IMG/VR virus record: IMGVR_UViG_3300020045_002918
Span: 1 to 48,359 of that record
Direction: 5' to 3' (one strand)
DNA: 48,359 bases
Origin: a virus
Taxonomy: Duplodnaviria; Caudoviricetes
Shown here: positions 38,183 through 47,129 of the stretch, in pieces
Position numbering within the stretch: the first letter of the stretch is position 1
How the letters are laid out: each line of letters starts with the position of its first letter
The notes under the pieces: model-generated
Seen by the model: the letters and a program-made list of their open reading frames with translations, nothing else
What the model was told of the DNA's origin: nothing
Database searches by the model: none
Program-made: the position numbers and the translations under genes

Positions 38183-40297
38183 ATGTGCGATAAAAACATA
38201 AATGAACTATTAGATATTGATTTCTCAACGATTAGTGATGAATTCAATTGGGTTTCAAATGTATCAACCCCGATAGAAACCATAAACGGACAATTAAGGC
38301 TTATGCCTGAAGATTCAACAAGTTTTTTCCGAAGAGGTTTAGGGATTATTGACCCAGCAAATAACCGAATTAGATTAAGAATTAATTTAGATTTATTACG
38401 CCCGCAAACATCATTAAATACTAAAATGACAGTTGTTTTTGGGGTTTACATAGGTTCTGAATTAATAGATCAGTTTACAATCTTTCAGGAAAACATTACA
38501 TCAGGCGAAAGAGTTACACAAAATTTGGAAAGGGATTATAAATATGATGGAATTTCGGGAAGTGTTTCTTTAAGAATTTCGTTATCTGAAGGATATTCAA
38601 ATCAATTATTTTTGGATTATTTAAAAGCAGAAGATTACTTTTTTTGTGAAGATAGTGTAAGGACATATTTTAATATTGATGAATTTTTAGAAAAGTCTTT
38701 TGCTTCAGTTTCTTCAGGAATTCAATTATTGGAATGGAAAATTGATGATGTAGAAACTTTAACCCCAGCATTCTTCGCTGAAATAATAAACACGGGCGGG
38801 AATCCATTAACTGAATGGTTTTTTGCAAAAGCAGATATTGACGGATCAAATAGAATTGCGGATGTAATAGAGCCTAATTCGTTCAATCCTTTTGAAAGTG
38901 AATTAGGATTATTATTCGACACGGTTTCTTCATTTCACGGAGGAAAGCCAACGGGAACTTTAAGCGGTTCAAATTACGGAGCGGGAATAATGTCTTTAGG
39001 ATTTGAAAAACCATCTATTTTAAACGGGAATTTAGATAATAAATCAGGGTCTTTTTTTGTAGATATTGACTACAGTAAAAATTTAAGAATTGTTTTTAAT
39101 TCATTGGTGAACAACACAAATTCAAATGTTTTCGATTCGCCATATTCTTTCAGAAAATATTTTATTATTTGGGACGCTGATAATTGCAAAAGTTCATTTT
39201 ATTATCAAGACCAATTGGCTTCAAATCCATCAATAAAAATTCCAATGGATCACAATGGATTCTTATATGGAATAACGGGCGGAATATCAATTCAAAACTT
39301 TATTAGTTGTGATGAATCGTTTAGTTATTCAGGAAATTCAGGAGTATTTGAATTTGTGATAAATTTTGGAACAGACATTGGAGAATGCGGAATAAATTAC
39401 AATGCTTTTAATGTTCCTGATAAATTCGAAATACTTTGGAACGAACAAACGTTCTCAACTGGATATGTTGGAAGCAATCAATATGACCAACAATTGTTGA
39501 ATGCTGGAGTGAATCAAACAGAAATAAACACGGGGAATCCTTCAACTGGATCAGGAGCGTTAAAATTCATAAAAGCAACGGCAGAACCTTCAACCGCCAT
39601 TGTTAGAATTACGGCAATTTTACCTAGTACGGGGTGGGATGTTTCGGGGATTTGTCCGCAACCAATTGAAACGGGAGAATTTACCCAAATAATATGGGAT
39701 GATACAAGTACTATCGAAAACAGAAGCGGAAATGCTACAGAACAATTAATTTTCTATACAGGGAATTTTTATGCTGTAACTGATAAATTTTGGCAAATTT
39801 TTGACGGGGTTAATTGGATTGATAATGGTGCGGTTGTTGGATTAACTAAAATTTTTACATTAGATAGAACGATAAACAAATTAAGAATGAAAGCTTTAAA
39901 CGGGGCTTCAGAGGAAGTTTATTCAAATGTATTACAATACACAAAAGTAAATACTGAATTGCAAATTACATCATCTGTATCACTTGCAGGGGCTGGAACT
40001 ATTGATATTATAAACGGTAATGCAGGGGAAACAATAAACTTAAAATTTAATTTAAATTATGATAGCGGTTCAAGTTTCGCTTCGATAGGATTCAGTAATG
40101 GAATTGCAGTTTCAATAATTGATACATTACACACGGAAAGATACGGAACGGCTGTTCTTGATTCTAATGGAGAAATACACGGAAGTTATTTATTTGATCC
40201 TACAAGCGGTTATCCTGATACTACAATAACAGTTCAAATAATTGGAAGAAGCGGGGCGGGAGGTTTGCCAACAATTGACACAACAACAATAATTTAA
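38183..40297 (+). CDS. Structural/tail-associated protein
   Basis: 704 aa, beta-rich, YNAFNVPDKF..STGYVG domain. Confidence 0.55.
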   Translation: MCDKNINELLDIDFSTISDEFNWVSNVSTPIETINGQLRLMPEDSTSFFRRGLGIIDPANNRIRLRINLDLLRPQTSLNTKMTVVFGVYIGSELIDQFTIFQENITSGERVTQNLERDYKYDGISGSVSLRISLSEGYSNQLFLDYLKAEDYFFCEDSVRTYFNIDEFLEKSFASVSSGIQLLEWKIDDVETLTPAFFAEIINTGGNPLTEWFFAKADIDGSNRIADVIEPNSFNPFESELGLLFDTVSSFHGGKPTGTLSGSNYGAGIMSLGFEKPSILNGNLDNKSGSFFVDIDYSKNLRIVFNSLVNNTNSNVFDSPYSFRKYFIIWDADNCKSSFYYQDQLASNPSIKIPMDHNGFLYGITGGISIQNFISCDESFSYSGNSGVFEFVINFGTDIGECGINYNAFNVPDKFEILWNEQTFSTGYVGSNQYDQQLLNAGVNQTEINTGNPSTGSGALKFIKATAEPSTAIVRITAILPSTGWDVSGICPQPIETGEFTQIIWDDTSTIENRSGNATEQLIFYTGNFYAVTDKFWQIFDGVNWIDNGAVVGLTKIFTLDRTINKLRMKALNGASEEVYSNVLQYTKVNTELQITSSVSLAGAGTIDIINGNAGETINLKFNLNYDSGSSFASIGFSNGIAVSIIDTLHTERYGTAVLDSNGEIHGSYLFDPTSGYPDTTITVQIIGRSGAGGLPTIDTTTII

Positions 40298-40302
40298 AAA
40301 TT

Positions 40303-41262
40303 ATGAGTAATACAAATGAATTATTAAACTTAGCATATATTGACCAATCTGATTTCGGTTGTAACATTGTTGTAAGATGTCCGCATCAAGAACGAACACT
40401 AAGCTATGCACTTGGTGTTCAAATTCCAATTGCAAGTCAACCGCCTGAAGAGGTTTTCAAAGAATGTTGCTACACGCATATAACATTAGCGGATTTAAAT
40501 TCAAATGATGATTTCAAAAATGATTATTCAAGTTTTTATCATCAAAGGCAATTATCGACAGAAACAGCAAATTTTTTCTTATATAAATTTGAAGACGCAA
40601 GCGAAACGCCTTTAACAGATTCAACTTACGGAACATTTTTTGATTTTGGTTCATTTGTTTCAAATCCTAATTTAAAAGGGTATTTGGTTAAATGGAGAAA
40701 TGTTTTGACAGAACTTGGAGCGGGAAACTATAAGATTATAAAAAGAATTACAGTTGCTGGATCGCCCGTTGAATTTTCATCGATTGTTTTTACTCTTCAG
40801 CAATATTCCACAGGATCGGCAAATCATACGGTTAGAATAGATGTGGTTATGAATGGAAGATTAGTGAAGACGGGGGATGATTTCACGGGAACATCTTGGA
40901 AGCATTCAATTAGAGTGCCTGGCTTCTTCGGGAGAAGAGAACCACAATTTGAAGAAGATAACTTGGTAAATAGAAATTACGAAAAAACGCAAATTTCAAT
41001 GACGCAAGTAAATGAATTTAAATTCCAAACGAATTTGATTCCTGATTGTTTGACCAATGAAATTTGGGATTTTATAATATTAGCAAATGATATTTATTTC
41101 AATGATTACAACTTGAACAATCATTCTTATGACTTTGTAAAATTCGGGGCAAAATTCGCATCAAATAACGGGACTGTTTACGGAGAAAAAACAAGAAAGG
41201 CACAATTGAATTTGACTTTTAATGACAAATTTGAAAACAATATCAAAAGAAATTACAAATAA
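40303..41262 (+). CDS. Structural protein (putative tail component)
   Basis: Position before the lysis cassette. Confidence 0.5.
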   Translation: MSNTNELLNLAYIDQSDFGCNIVVRCPHQERTLSYALGVQIPIASQPPEEVFKECCYTHITLADLNSNDDFKNDYSSFYHQRQLSTETANFFLYKFEDASETPLTDSTYGTFFDFGSFVSNPNLKGYLVKWRNVLTELGAGNYKIIKRITVAGSPVEFSSIVFTLQQYSTGSANHTVRIDVVMNGRLVKTGDDFTGTSWKHSIRVPGFFGRREPQFEEDNLVNRNYEKTQISMTQVNEFKFQTNLIPDCLTNEIWDFIILANDIYFNDYNLNNHSYDFVKFGAKFASNNGTVYGEKTRKAQLNLTFNDKFENNIKRNYK

Positions 41263-41337
41263 AATATTAATTGATTTTAAAAAGATGTGTTTTTGTAAAT
41301 TAGCACTTTAAATTAACCCCCTTTAAAGATAAAATAT

Positions 41338-41556
41338 ATGAGTTTACAACAAAGAAGAGAAGTCGCATATTGGTTTATGCTTTTGGCAGGAATTGCACTA
41401 ATGACAATTCAATTAATTAGATACGGAAAAAATGAATTGGAATTCAGTTTGGGGGAAATTATAATCACTGTTTTATCAGTTGCATTAATGATTTTGCCGA
41501 AATACATACTTAGAGTTTTTGAAAAATTTATTAATTCAAATAAAAATGAAAACTAA
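41338..41556 (+). CDS. Putative holin (two TM)
   Basis: Two hydrophobic helices upstream of the endolysin. Confidence 0.55.
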   Translation: MSLQQRREVAYWFMLLAGIALMTIQLIRYGKNELEFSLGEIIITVLSVALMILPKYILRVFEKFINSNKNEN

Positions 41557-41719
41557 AATGCATTACATGATAGATTTAAAGGTAAGTTCCCTTTGTGGAT
41601 TATTTGCGGTTGTATCGTTTTCAAATATTGAAATTATGATGAAAGTAATAGTTTTCATTCTAACAGTTGGATATACGATAAGGAGATGGTATTTATTAGA
41701 GAAAAACAAAAAAGAATAA
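41546..41719 (+). CDS. Putative holin/antiholin
   Basis: Hydrophobic with basic C-terminus. Confidence 0.55.
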   Translation: MKTKMHYMIDLKVSSLCGLFAVVSFSNIEIMMKVIVFILTVGYTIRRWYLLEKNKKE

Positions 41720-41737
41720 AATTTAAAAAAATATGAC

Positions 41738-42244
41738 ATGAGTGAAAATTTTGAAAGAGCCTTCAATGAAATATTAGTAATTGAAGGCGTTATCGTAACA
41801 AACTTAAAAAGCGATAGAGGTGGATTAACAAAGTACGGAATTTCACAAAAAGCATTTCCGAAAGTAGATATTGAAAATTTGACTTTGGATGGAGCAAAGA
41901 AAATTTACTTTGATAATTATTGGAAAACAAATTCATTGAATTTAGAAGTTTTTGAATCAAAAATAGCAAATGAACTTTTTGACATTGCTGTAAATATGGG
42001 AGTGGGGACGGCTTCAAAAACTCTTCAAAAAGGTTTAAATCTAATGAATAGAAATGAACGTGATTGGAAAGATATGAAAGTGGATGGAGTTGCAGGAGCG
42101 GAAACAATGAAAGCTTATTTCAAATGCAGAAAAGATGTGCTTTTAAAAGTACTTAACGGGTTGCAGTTTTCAAGATATGTTGAAATTGTAACCAATGACC
42201 CAGAGCAAGAGCAGAATTTTAACGGTTGGATGAAAAGAGTATAA
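41738..42244 (+). CDS. Endolysin, glycoside hydrolase family 108 with PG-binding-3 domain
   Basis: EG..DRGGLTKYGI, FDIAVNMG, DGVAG..T, FNGWMKR. Confidence 0.9.
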   Translation: MSENFERAFNEILVIEGVIVTNLKSDRGGLTKYGISQKAFPKVDIENLTLDGAKKIYFDNYWKTNSLNLEVFESKIANELFDIAVNMGVGTASKTLQKGLNLMNRNERDWKDMKVDGVAGAETMKAYFKCRKDVLLKVLNGLQFSRYVEIVTNDPEQEQNFNGWMKRV

Positions 42245-42247
42245 AAA

Positions 42248-42817
42248 ATGAAAGACTTTATAAAACAAAACTGGTATTGGATAGGAATAATAATTGTTCT
42301 TATTTCGGCTTTAGCATCAAGATGCACAAATGACAAAGCGACAAAAAAAGACACAAAGCAATTTACAACCGTTTCAACTAAAAAGGAAGCATTGGAAAAA
42401 TTACAAGTTCCTGAAACGATAGTTAAAAAATTTACCCAGATCAAAGAAATTACAAAGTTTAGGGAACGAATACGAATAGATACTATTCAAATAGCCTATA
42501 AAGATTCAATAAACTGCAATTTTGAGCGTTCAGGGGAAATAAAAACAAAAGAATATACATTTGCTTATCAATCGAACAATAAGGGCTTTAAAATAGATAA
42601 TTTAGAGATTAGCGATTCTTTGATTATAATAAGCGGAACGAAAAAAAAATGGTTTTTAGGCAGTCAATATAATACAATAGATATTTATCATTCGAATAAA
42701 TATATTTCAAATGAAAACATAAGACATGTTGAAATAAAAGAAAAAAAGAAATTTTATGAAACAACATTGTTTAAAGTAGGAGCAGGATTTATTTTTGGGG
42801 TTGCAATTACAAGATAA
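42248..42817 (+). CDS. Putative spanin
   Basis: N-terminal TM ending ASRC, C-terminal GAGFIFGVAI; follows the endolysin. Confidence 0.55.
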   Translation: MKDFIKQNWYWIGIIIVLISALASRCTNDKATKKDTKQFTTVSTKKEALEKLQVPETIVKKFTQIKEITKFRERIRIDTIQIAYKDSINCNFERSGEIKTKEYTFAYQSNNKGFKIDNLEISDSLIIISGTKKKWFLGSQYNTIDIYHSNKYISNENIRHVEIKEKKKFYETTLFKVGAGFIFGVAITR

Positions 42818-42824
42818 ATAACCG

Positions 42825-42906
42825 TATATTTGCTTCAAGATTTTCCCAATAAATCTAAAACTCATGTTTGTTTATTTAAAGCCGTTCTCTTCGAACGGCT
42901 TTTTTT
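42825..42906 (+). ncRNA. Candidate antisense small RNA with terminator
   Basis: TTG-N21-TATATTTG promoter; 5' hairpin AGATTT-TCCCAAT-AAATCT; terminator AAAGCCGTTC/GAACGGCTTT plus T-run. Confidence 0.45.
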
Positions 42907-42910
42907 ATTT

Positions 42911-42957
42911 AAATAAATTAAAAAAAGTTGCTGAAATACTTTTTTTAACTATATTTG
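42911..42957 (+). promoter_or_regulatory. 47-bp early promoter/operator, copy 4
   Basis: Same consensus as 536-582. Confidence 0.8.
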
Positions 42958-42977
42958 TAAAATAAAAACAAACAAAA

Positions 42978-43136
42978 ATGGGAAAAATAGAACTAAACAC
43001 AGAACTTATCAAGCCTAAAAATGAAATTAAAATAGGCGGTCAAATTGCTACAGATATAGCGAAAAATGCATGGATGTATGTTGTGATTCTTGTTCAGGAC
43101 ACAACAAACATTTTTATTTTTAATTCTTATAATTAA
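42978..43136 (+). CDS. Hypothetical protein (52 aa, below track cutoff)
   Basis: MGKIELNTELIKPK...; first ORF after promoter copy 4. Confidence 0.5.
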   Translation: MGKIELNTELIKPKNEIKIGGQIATDIAKNAWMYVVILVQDTTNIFIFNSYN

Positions 43137-43141
43137 AAGCT

Positions 43142-43270
43142 ATGCAAGAAAGATTGATAAAAAATTTAATATCAGAAGGATATAAATTGAAAGAATTGAA
43201 CAACGAATTTGTTGCAACGTTGAAAAAAGAAAATGCAACCGTTAAAATTTACCCACATAAAAAAAAGTAA
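43142..43270 (+). CDS. Hypothetical protein (42 aa, below track cutoff)
   Basis: MQERLIKNLISEGY...; stop 1 bp before the next ATG. Confidence 0.5.
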   Translation: MQERLIKNLISEGYKLKELNNEFVATLKKENATVKIYPHKKK

Positions 43271-43271
43271 A

Positions 43272-43739
43272 ATGAAGAAAGGAAAAATTGTTGCCTTAAA
43301 TATTGATAAGGCGATTGACGCATGGAATGATAAAAACCCAACATTGCTTCCAATGAGTAGGAACAGAGTGGCGAAAGAAGCGGGGTTTGCATCAAAACAG
43401 ATTTACGCATGGAAATCTACAGAACCGCCACAATGGGTCAATTATTTGGAAGTTGCATTCACGAAGTTAGAAACAAATTTGGAAGGGATTGTTGAAAGGG
43501 AAAACGGTGTAATTGTTAGGGTAAATATTGATAATGCGATTAAAAATTGGAATGATAAAAACCCAGATAAGACATTGCAGAAAAGGAAAGAAATAGCAAT
43601 TGAAATGGGTTGTAAATTGCAATTATTCAGCGATTGGAAAATAAAAACAGTACCCAAATGGATTATTGTTTTGGATAACATTTTGAAAATATTGGAATGT
43701 GATTTTGATGGAATCTTAGAAAGGGAATCATTATGGTAA
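43272..43739 (+). CDS. Regulator with two tandem Cro/HTH-like domains
   Basis: Internal duplication NIDKAIDAWNDKNP / NIDNAIKNWNDKNP, each followed by an HTH-like A.E.G......WK. Confidence 0.65.
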   Translation: MKKGKIVALNIDKAIDAWNDKNPTLLPMSRNRVAKEAGFASKQIYAWKSTEPPQWVNYLEVAFTKLETNLEGIVERENGVIVRVNIDNAIKNWNDKNPDKTLQKRKEIAIEMGCKLQLFSDWKIKTVPKWIIVLDNILKILECDFDGILERESLW

Positions 43740-44644
43740 AAGAAACTAAAATACTGTACAAAGATTTCATTGAACAGCAGGAGCAAAAAGATAAAATAAA
43801 AGAAATATTGGGAGATGGTGGAATTTCTTTTTTAAATACTTCTTTGCAGATTGTTCAAAGAGATAAAGATTTGCTAAAAGCAGATAATGAAAGCATTTTC
43901 AACGCAGTTTGCGCAATTGCTTCTTTGGGACTTTTTATTGAACCTTCTTTCGGTCATGCGTACATCGGACATTATAAAGAAAAAATAGGTTTAGTTTGGC
44001 ACACACGGGCGCAATTTCAAATGGGATGGAAAGGATTTGTTGCGTTGGGTACAAAAACAGGATTGTATAAAAAAATACATGCTGATAAAGTAGTACAGGG
44101 GGAATATGTTGGGGCGGATAGAATGACGGGAGATTTTGAATTCGATTGGAAATTCGGAAATGATGAAAGAAACAAACTTCCTATAATTGGCTTTGTTGCT
44201 TACTTTGAATTGATGGGCGGAATGAGTAAAAATACTTATATGACCATTACAGAAATGAATAACCATGCAAAGGAATATTCAAAAACATTCAAAGAAAAAG
44301 AAGGTGATTGGCATAAGAATTATGACAAAATGGGAAAGAAAACCGTTTTAAAATTATTGCTGGATAAGTTTGCGCCAAAGTCTTCAGAGATGCAACGAGC
44401 AATAAGATATGACCAAGCTATTATCGGGAATGATGGTTCTTTGAATTATGCAGACAATCCAGCGACAAAAACAAAATTAACCTTAGAAGAAAGTAACCAA
44501 CAGCAATTGAAAAAAAGAACTTTTGATTTTATTAAAAATTCTAAAACATTAGAGCAATTGGAAGGCTGTTTTGAAGCAATTGACGGGGAAGAAATGTTGG
44601 AAGCTTACGAAACAAAAAAGAAAGAATTAAAAAGCAAAAAATAA
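43733..44644 (+). CDS. recT: RecT-family single-strand annealing protein
   Basis: GHAYI, AQFQMGWKGFVALG, IIGFVAYFEL, W..NYDKMGKKTVLK. Confidence 0.85.
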   Translation: MVKETKILYKDFIEQQEQKDKIKEILGDGGISFLNTSLQIVQRDKDLLKADNESIFNAVCAIASLGLFIEPSFGHAYIGHYKEKIGLVWHTRAQFQMGWKGFVALGTKTGLYKKIHADKVVQGEYVGADRMTGDFEFDWKFGNDERNKLPIIGFVAYFELMGGMSKNTYMTITEMNNHAKEYSKTFKEKEGDWHKNYDKMGKKTVLKLLLDKFAPKSSEMQRAIRYDQAIIGNDGSLNYADNPATKTKLTLEESNQQQLKKRTFDFIKNSKTLEQLEGCFEAIDGEEMLEAYETKKKELKSKK

Positions 44645-44659
44645 TTAAATAAAACAAAC

Positions 44660-45526
44660 ATGAAAGCAAAAGAAGAAATTTATTTTAGATCATCAAGTGC
44701 AGGGAAAATAATGACTGATGCGCAAGGTTCACAATTGACAGAAAACCAATTGAAAACATTGAAAGAGTATCAGGAAAGAACTAGATTAGCTTTAAGCGGA
44801 AACGCAAAGCCATTGACCGAAAACATGAAAAATGACATGTTAGATTGGCAAGCTAGAAAAGATGCGCCTTTTCAATTATCGGAAACGGCAAAAGGAGCGG
44901 TTGAAGATGTTTGGAGATTTAACGAAAAAGGTTATTTCCAACAAATAGAATCAAAATACACAGATAAAGGAATATTTGGCGAAGAATTTGGATTCAACAT
45001 GCTTACTGAAGTTGACGGAAGATTTTACACAAAAAACACTAAAAGAATTTTCAAGGACAACAGAACAGGCGAATTTGACAATATGTTTACTTTAGATGGC
45101 AAAAAGATTATTCAGGATGTGAAATGTTGTTGGGACACAAAAACATTTATGAATTCAGATTTTAGCAAGGATTACGAATGGCAGGGACGGGATTATATGG
45201 ATTTAGCTGAAGCGGACGAATTTTGGTTGCGTTATTGCTTAGTGGATTGCCCTGAACATTTGTATGAAAAGGAAAAGGATAAGATTTTTTTCAAATATTA
45301 TTCAAACTCAATGACAGATGTTGAACAGTCAGATTTGGAAAAACAATTAGAGCCATTGTTTCAGCAACTAAGAAGAAACTTAATTTATACAGACAATCCA
45401 GCTTATACGTTGGAAGAGCGTGTAAAAACATTCAAGATAACCCGTGATGATTTGATTCATGCGAAGTACACAAAGAGAATCCCAGCATGCTTGGATTATT
45501 ACCAAACAATTAAATTAAACGGATAG
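44660..45526 (+). CDS. YqaJ/lambda-exonuclease-like nuclease
   Basis: FRSSSAGKIM, KG..E, TGEFD, QDVKCCW, YEWQGRDYMDL; adjacent to RecT. Confidence 0.75.
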   Translation: MKAKEEIYFRSSSAGKIMTDAQGSQLTENQLKTLKEYQERTRLALSGNAKPLTENMKNDMLDWQARKDAPFQLSETAKGAVEDVWRFNEKGYFQQIESKYTDKGIFGEEFGFNMLTEVDGRFYTKNTKRIFKDNRTGEFDNMFTLDGKKIIQDVKCCWDTKTFMNSDFSKDYEWQGRDYMDLAEADEFWLRYCLVDCPEHLYEKEKDKIFFKYYSNSMTDVEQSDLEKQLEPLFQQLRRNLIYTDNPAYTLEERVKTFKITRDDLIHAKYTKRIPACLDYYQTIKLNG

Positions 45527-45786
45527 TGGGTTTATTTAAAAGAATGACTAAAAAGAGCCGTGAAGCTGAAAAAAGAATCAAAGTAAACGAGATTTTAACT
45601 TCGATAACGGAAGACCGAAATGAATTCACGGAACAAGAGCAAGTCGAAATTATGATAATGGCTTGTGATCGTTACAGGGAAGTTAAAACGGAAGAAATGG
45701 AAACCAAATATAAAAAGGCGGTTGAGATTAAAGATGCTTTGAATAAGCTTACAGTTAATCAACAAATTAAAATTGAATTTCCATGA
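45526..45786 (+). CDS. Hypothetical protein
   Basis: Coupled ORF with GTG start. Confidence 0.65.
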   Translation: MGLFKRMTKKSREAEKRIKVNEILTSITEDRNEFTEQEQVEIMIMACDRYREVKTEEMETKYKKAVEIKDALNKLTVNQQIKIEFP

Positions 45787-46235
45787 AAAGAAAAATAATT
45801 ATTGATTTAGAAAAAGATTCAAAGATTGATGGCACAATGGAAGAATTGGAATTGATTAGAGATATTTTAAACGATTCGATACGATTAAAGCGGAAAGAAG
45901 AAAAACGGAAAAAACCAAAAGAAAATTTACTTTTCGATATTCCAGAGAAAGAAGACAAACCGACAACATTTAAAAATTCGGAATGCTTTGATTATTCGAA
46001 GTTTGTGCAAGAATTATCAGCAGAAGAAAAATTGGGTGTAAATTTGCTTTATTATTACAATTCGATTTTAGATTGGTCAAGTATAAAAACAAAAGTATTT
46101 CGAACGAATAACGGATGGATTGCAACGGCTAGAACTTGGATGCGAACAGATAACGAAGCGGGAAAGCTGAAAATGACAGCAGGAACACCGCAAACAATAA
46201 ACAGCAACGAAGAATTAGAATATTTAAAATTATAG
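45783..46235 (+). CDS. Putative replication protein
   Basis: WIATARTWMR resembles the C-terminus of phage replication initiators. Confidence 0.45.
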   Translation: MKRKIIIDLEKDSKIDGTMEELELIRDILNDSIRLKRKEEKRKKPKENLLFDIPEKEDKPTTFKNSECFDYSKFVQELSAEEKLGVNLLYYYNSILDWSSIKTKVFRTNNGWIATARTWMRTDNEAGKLKMTAGTPQTINSNEELEYLKL

Positions 46236-46238
46236 AAA

Positions 46239-47129
46239 ATGACACCTGAAAATAAAATGCAAGTTCAGCTATTCGAAGACCCAATATTGAAACAGAGGGC
46301 GGAAATGTTATCAAATGAATTGGTAACTAAAAAAATGACGCAATCTGAAATAATGTTGGCAAATGCTTCAACCATGATTCAAATTAAATCAATTGAAAAT
46401 GTTGAAGTAAAATTGATTGTTATTGGAAAGGGGATTTTGCAGGATATAGGTGTAAGAGATTGGAATGATGAAAACGCCAACAGACATAGACTAATTAGAT
46501 TTTCAGATATTGTAAAAAGATATTTTAATACTTTAAGTTTAAGGGAAATTAAGTTGGCGTTTGAATTTATGGCGGTTGGTTATCTCGATGAATATTTACC
46601 GAAAGACAGGAACGGAAAAGCCGAAAGAAACCATTATCAGGACTTTTCAATGGAATATTATTCTAAAATTTTAAATGCTTACAAGGAATATCGTTCGCAA
46701 GTTTGGCACAAAGCAAAATCAAACCTTCCAAAAATAGCTGAAACAATTTCAAGCGAAGAGCAAAAGCAAAATACAAACATTATAATTCAGGAAATTCACG
46801 AAGCTTTTGACAACTTTAAAAAAGAAAAGATTGAACCAAATTTTGATTTACATGTACATGCAAGGATATTGGTTGATAATAATTTGATTGATTTAAAGCC
46901 ATTAGACAAAGAAAGTATTGACAAAGCATACAAGCATGCATTAGTAGATAAATTAATTCAAGGAATCGAAAGAAAAAGCATGATTGACACATACGCAGAA
47001 GGGAAAATGACGCACCCTTTAAAAGTTATTGCGTGGAGCGTACAAAACAACAAAACAATTAAACAATATTTCGAAAAGTTAATCGAGGAAAAAAAAGACA
47101 TTCGGGATTATTTAAAAAAGATAACATGA
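46239..47129 (+). CDS. Hypothetical protein, possibly replication accessory
   Basis: Position after the putative initiator. Confidence 0.6.
   Translation: MTPENKMQVQLFEDPILKQRAEMLSNELVTKKMTQSEIMLANASTMIQIKSIENVEVKLIVIGKGILQDIGVRDWNDENANRHRLIRFSDIVKRYFNTLSLREIKLAFEFMAVGYLDEYLPKDRNGKAERNHYQDFSMEYYSKILNAYKEYRSQVWHKAKSNLPKIAETISSEEQKQNTNIIIQEIHEAFDNFKKEKIEPNFDLHVHARILVDNNLIDLKPLDKESIDKAYKHALVDKLIQGIERKSMIDTYAEGKMTHPLKVIAWSVQNNKTIKQYFEKLIEEKKDIRDYLKKIT

Noticed and set aside
34701-40297. Diversity-generating retroelement acting on tail genes
   Set aside because: No reverse transcriptase and no TR/VR repeat pair noticed
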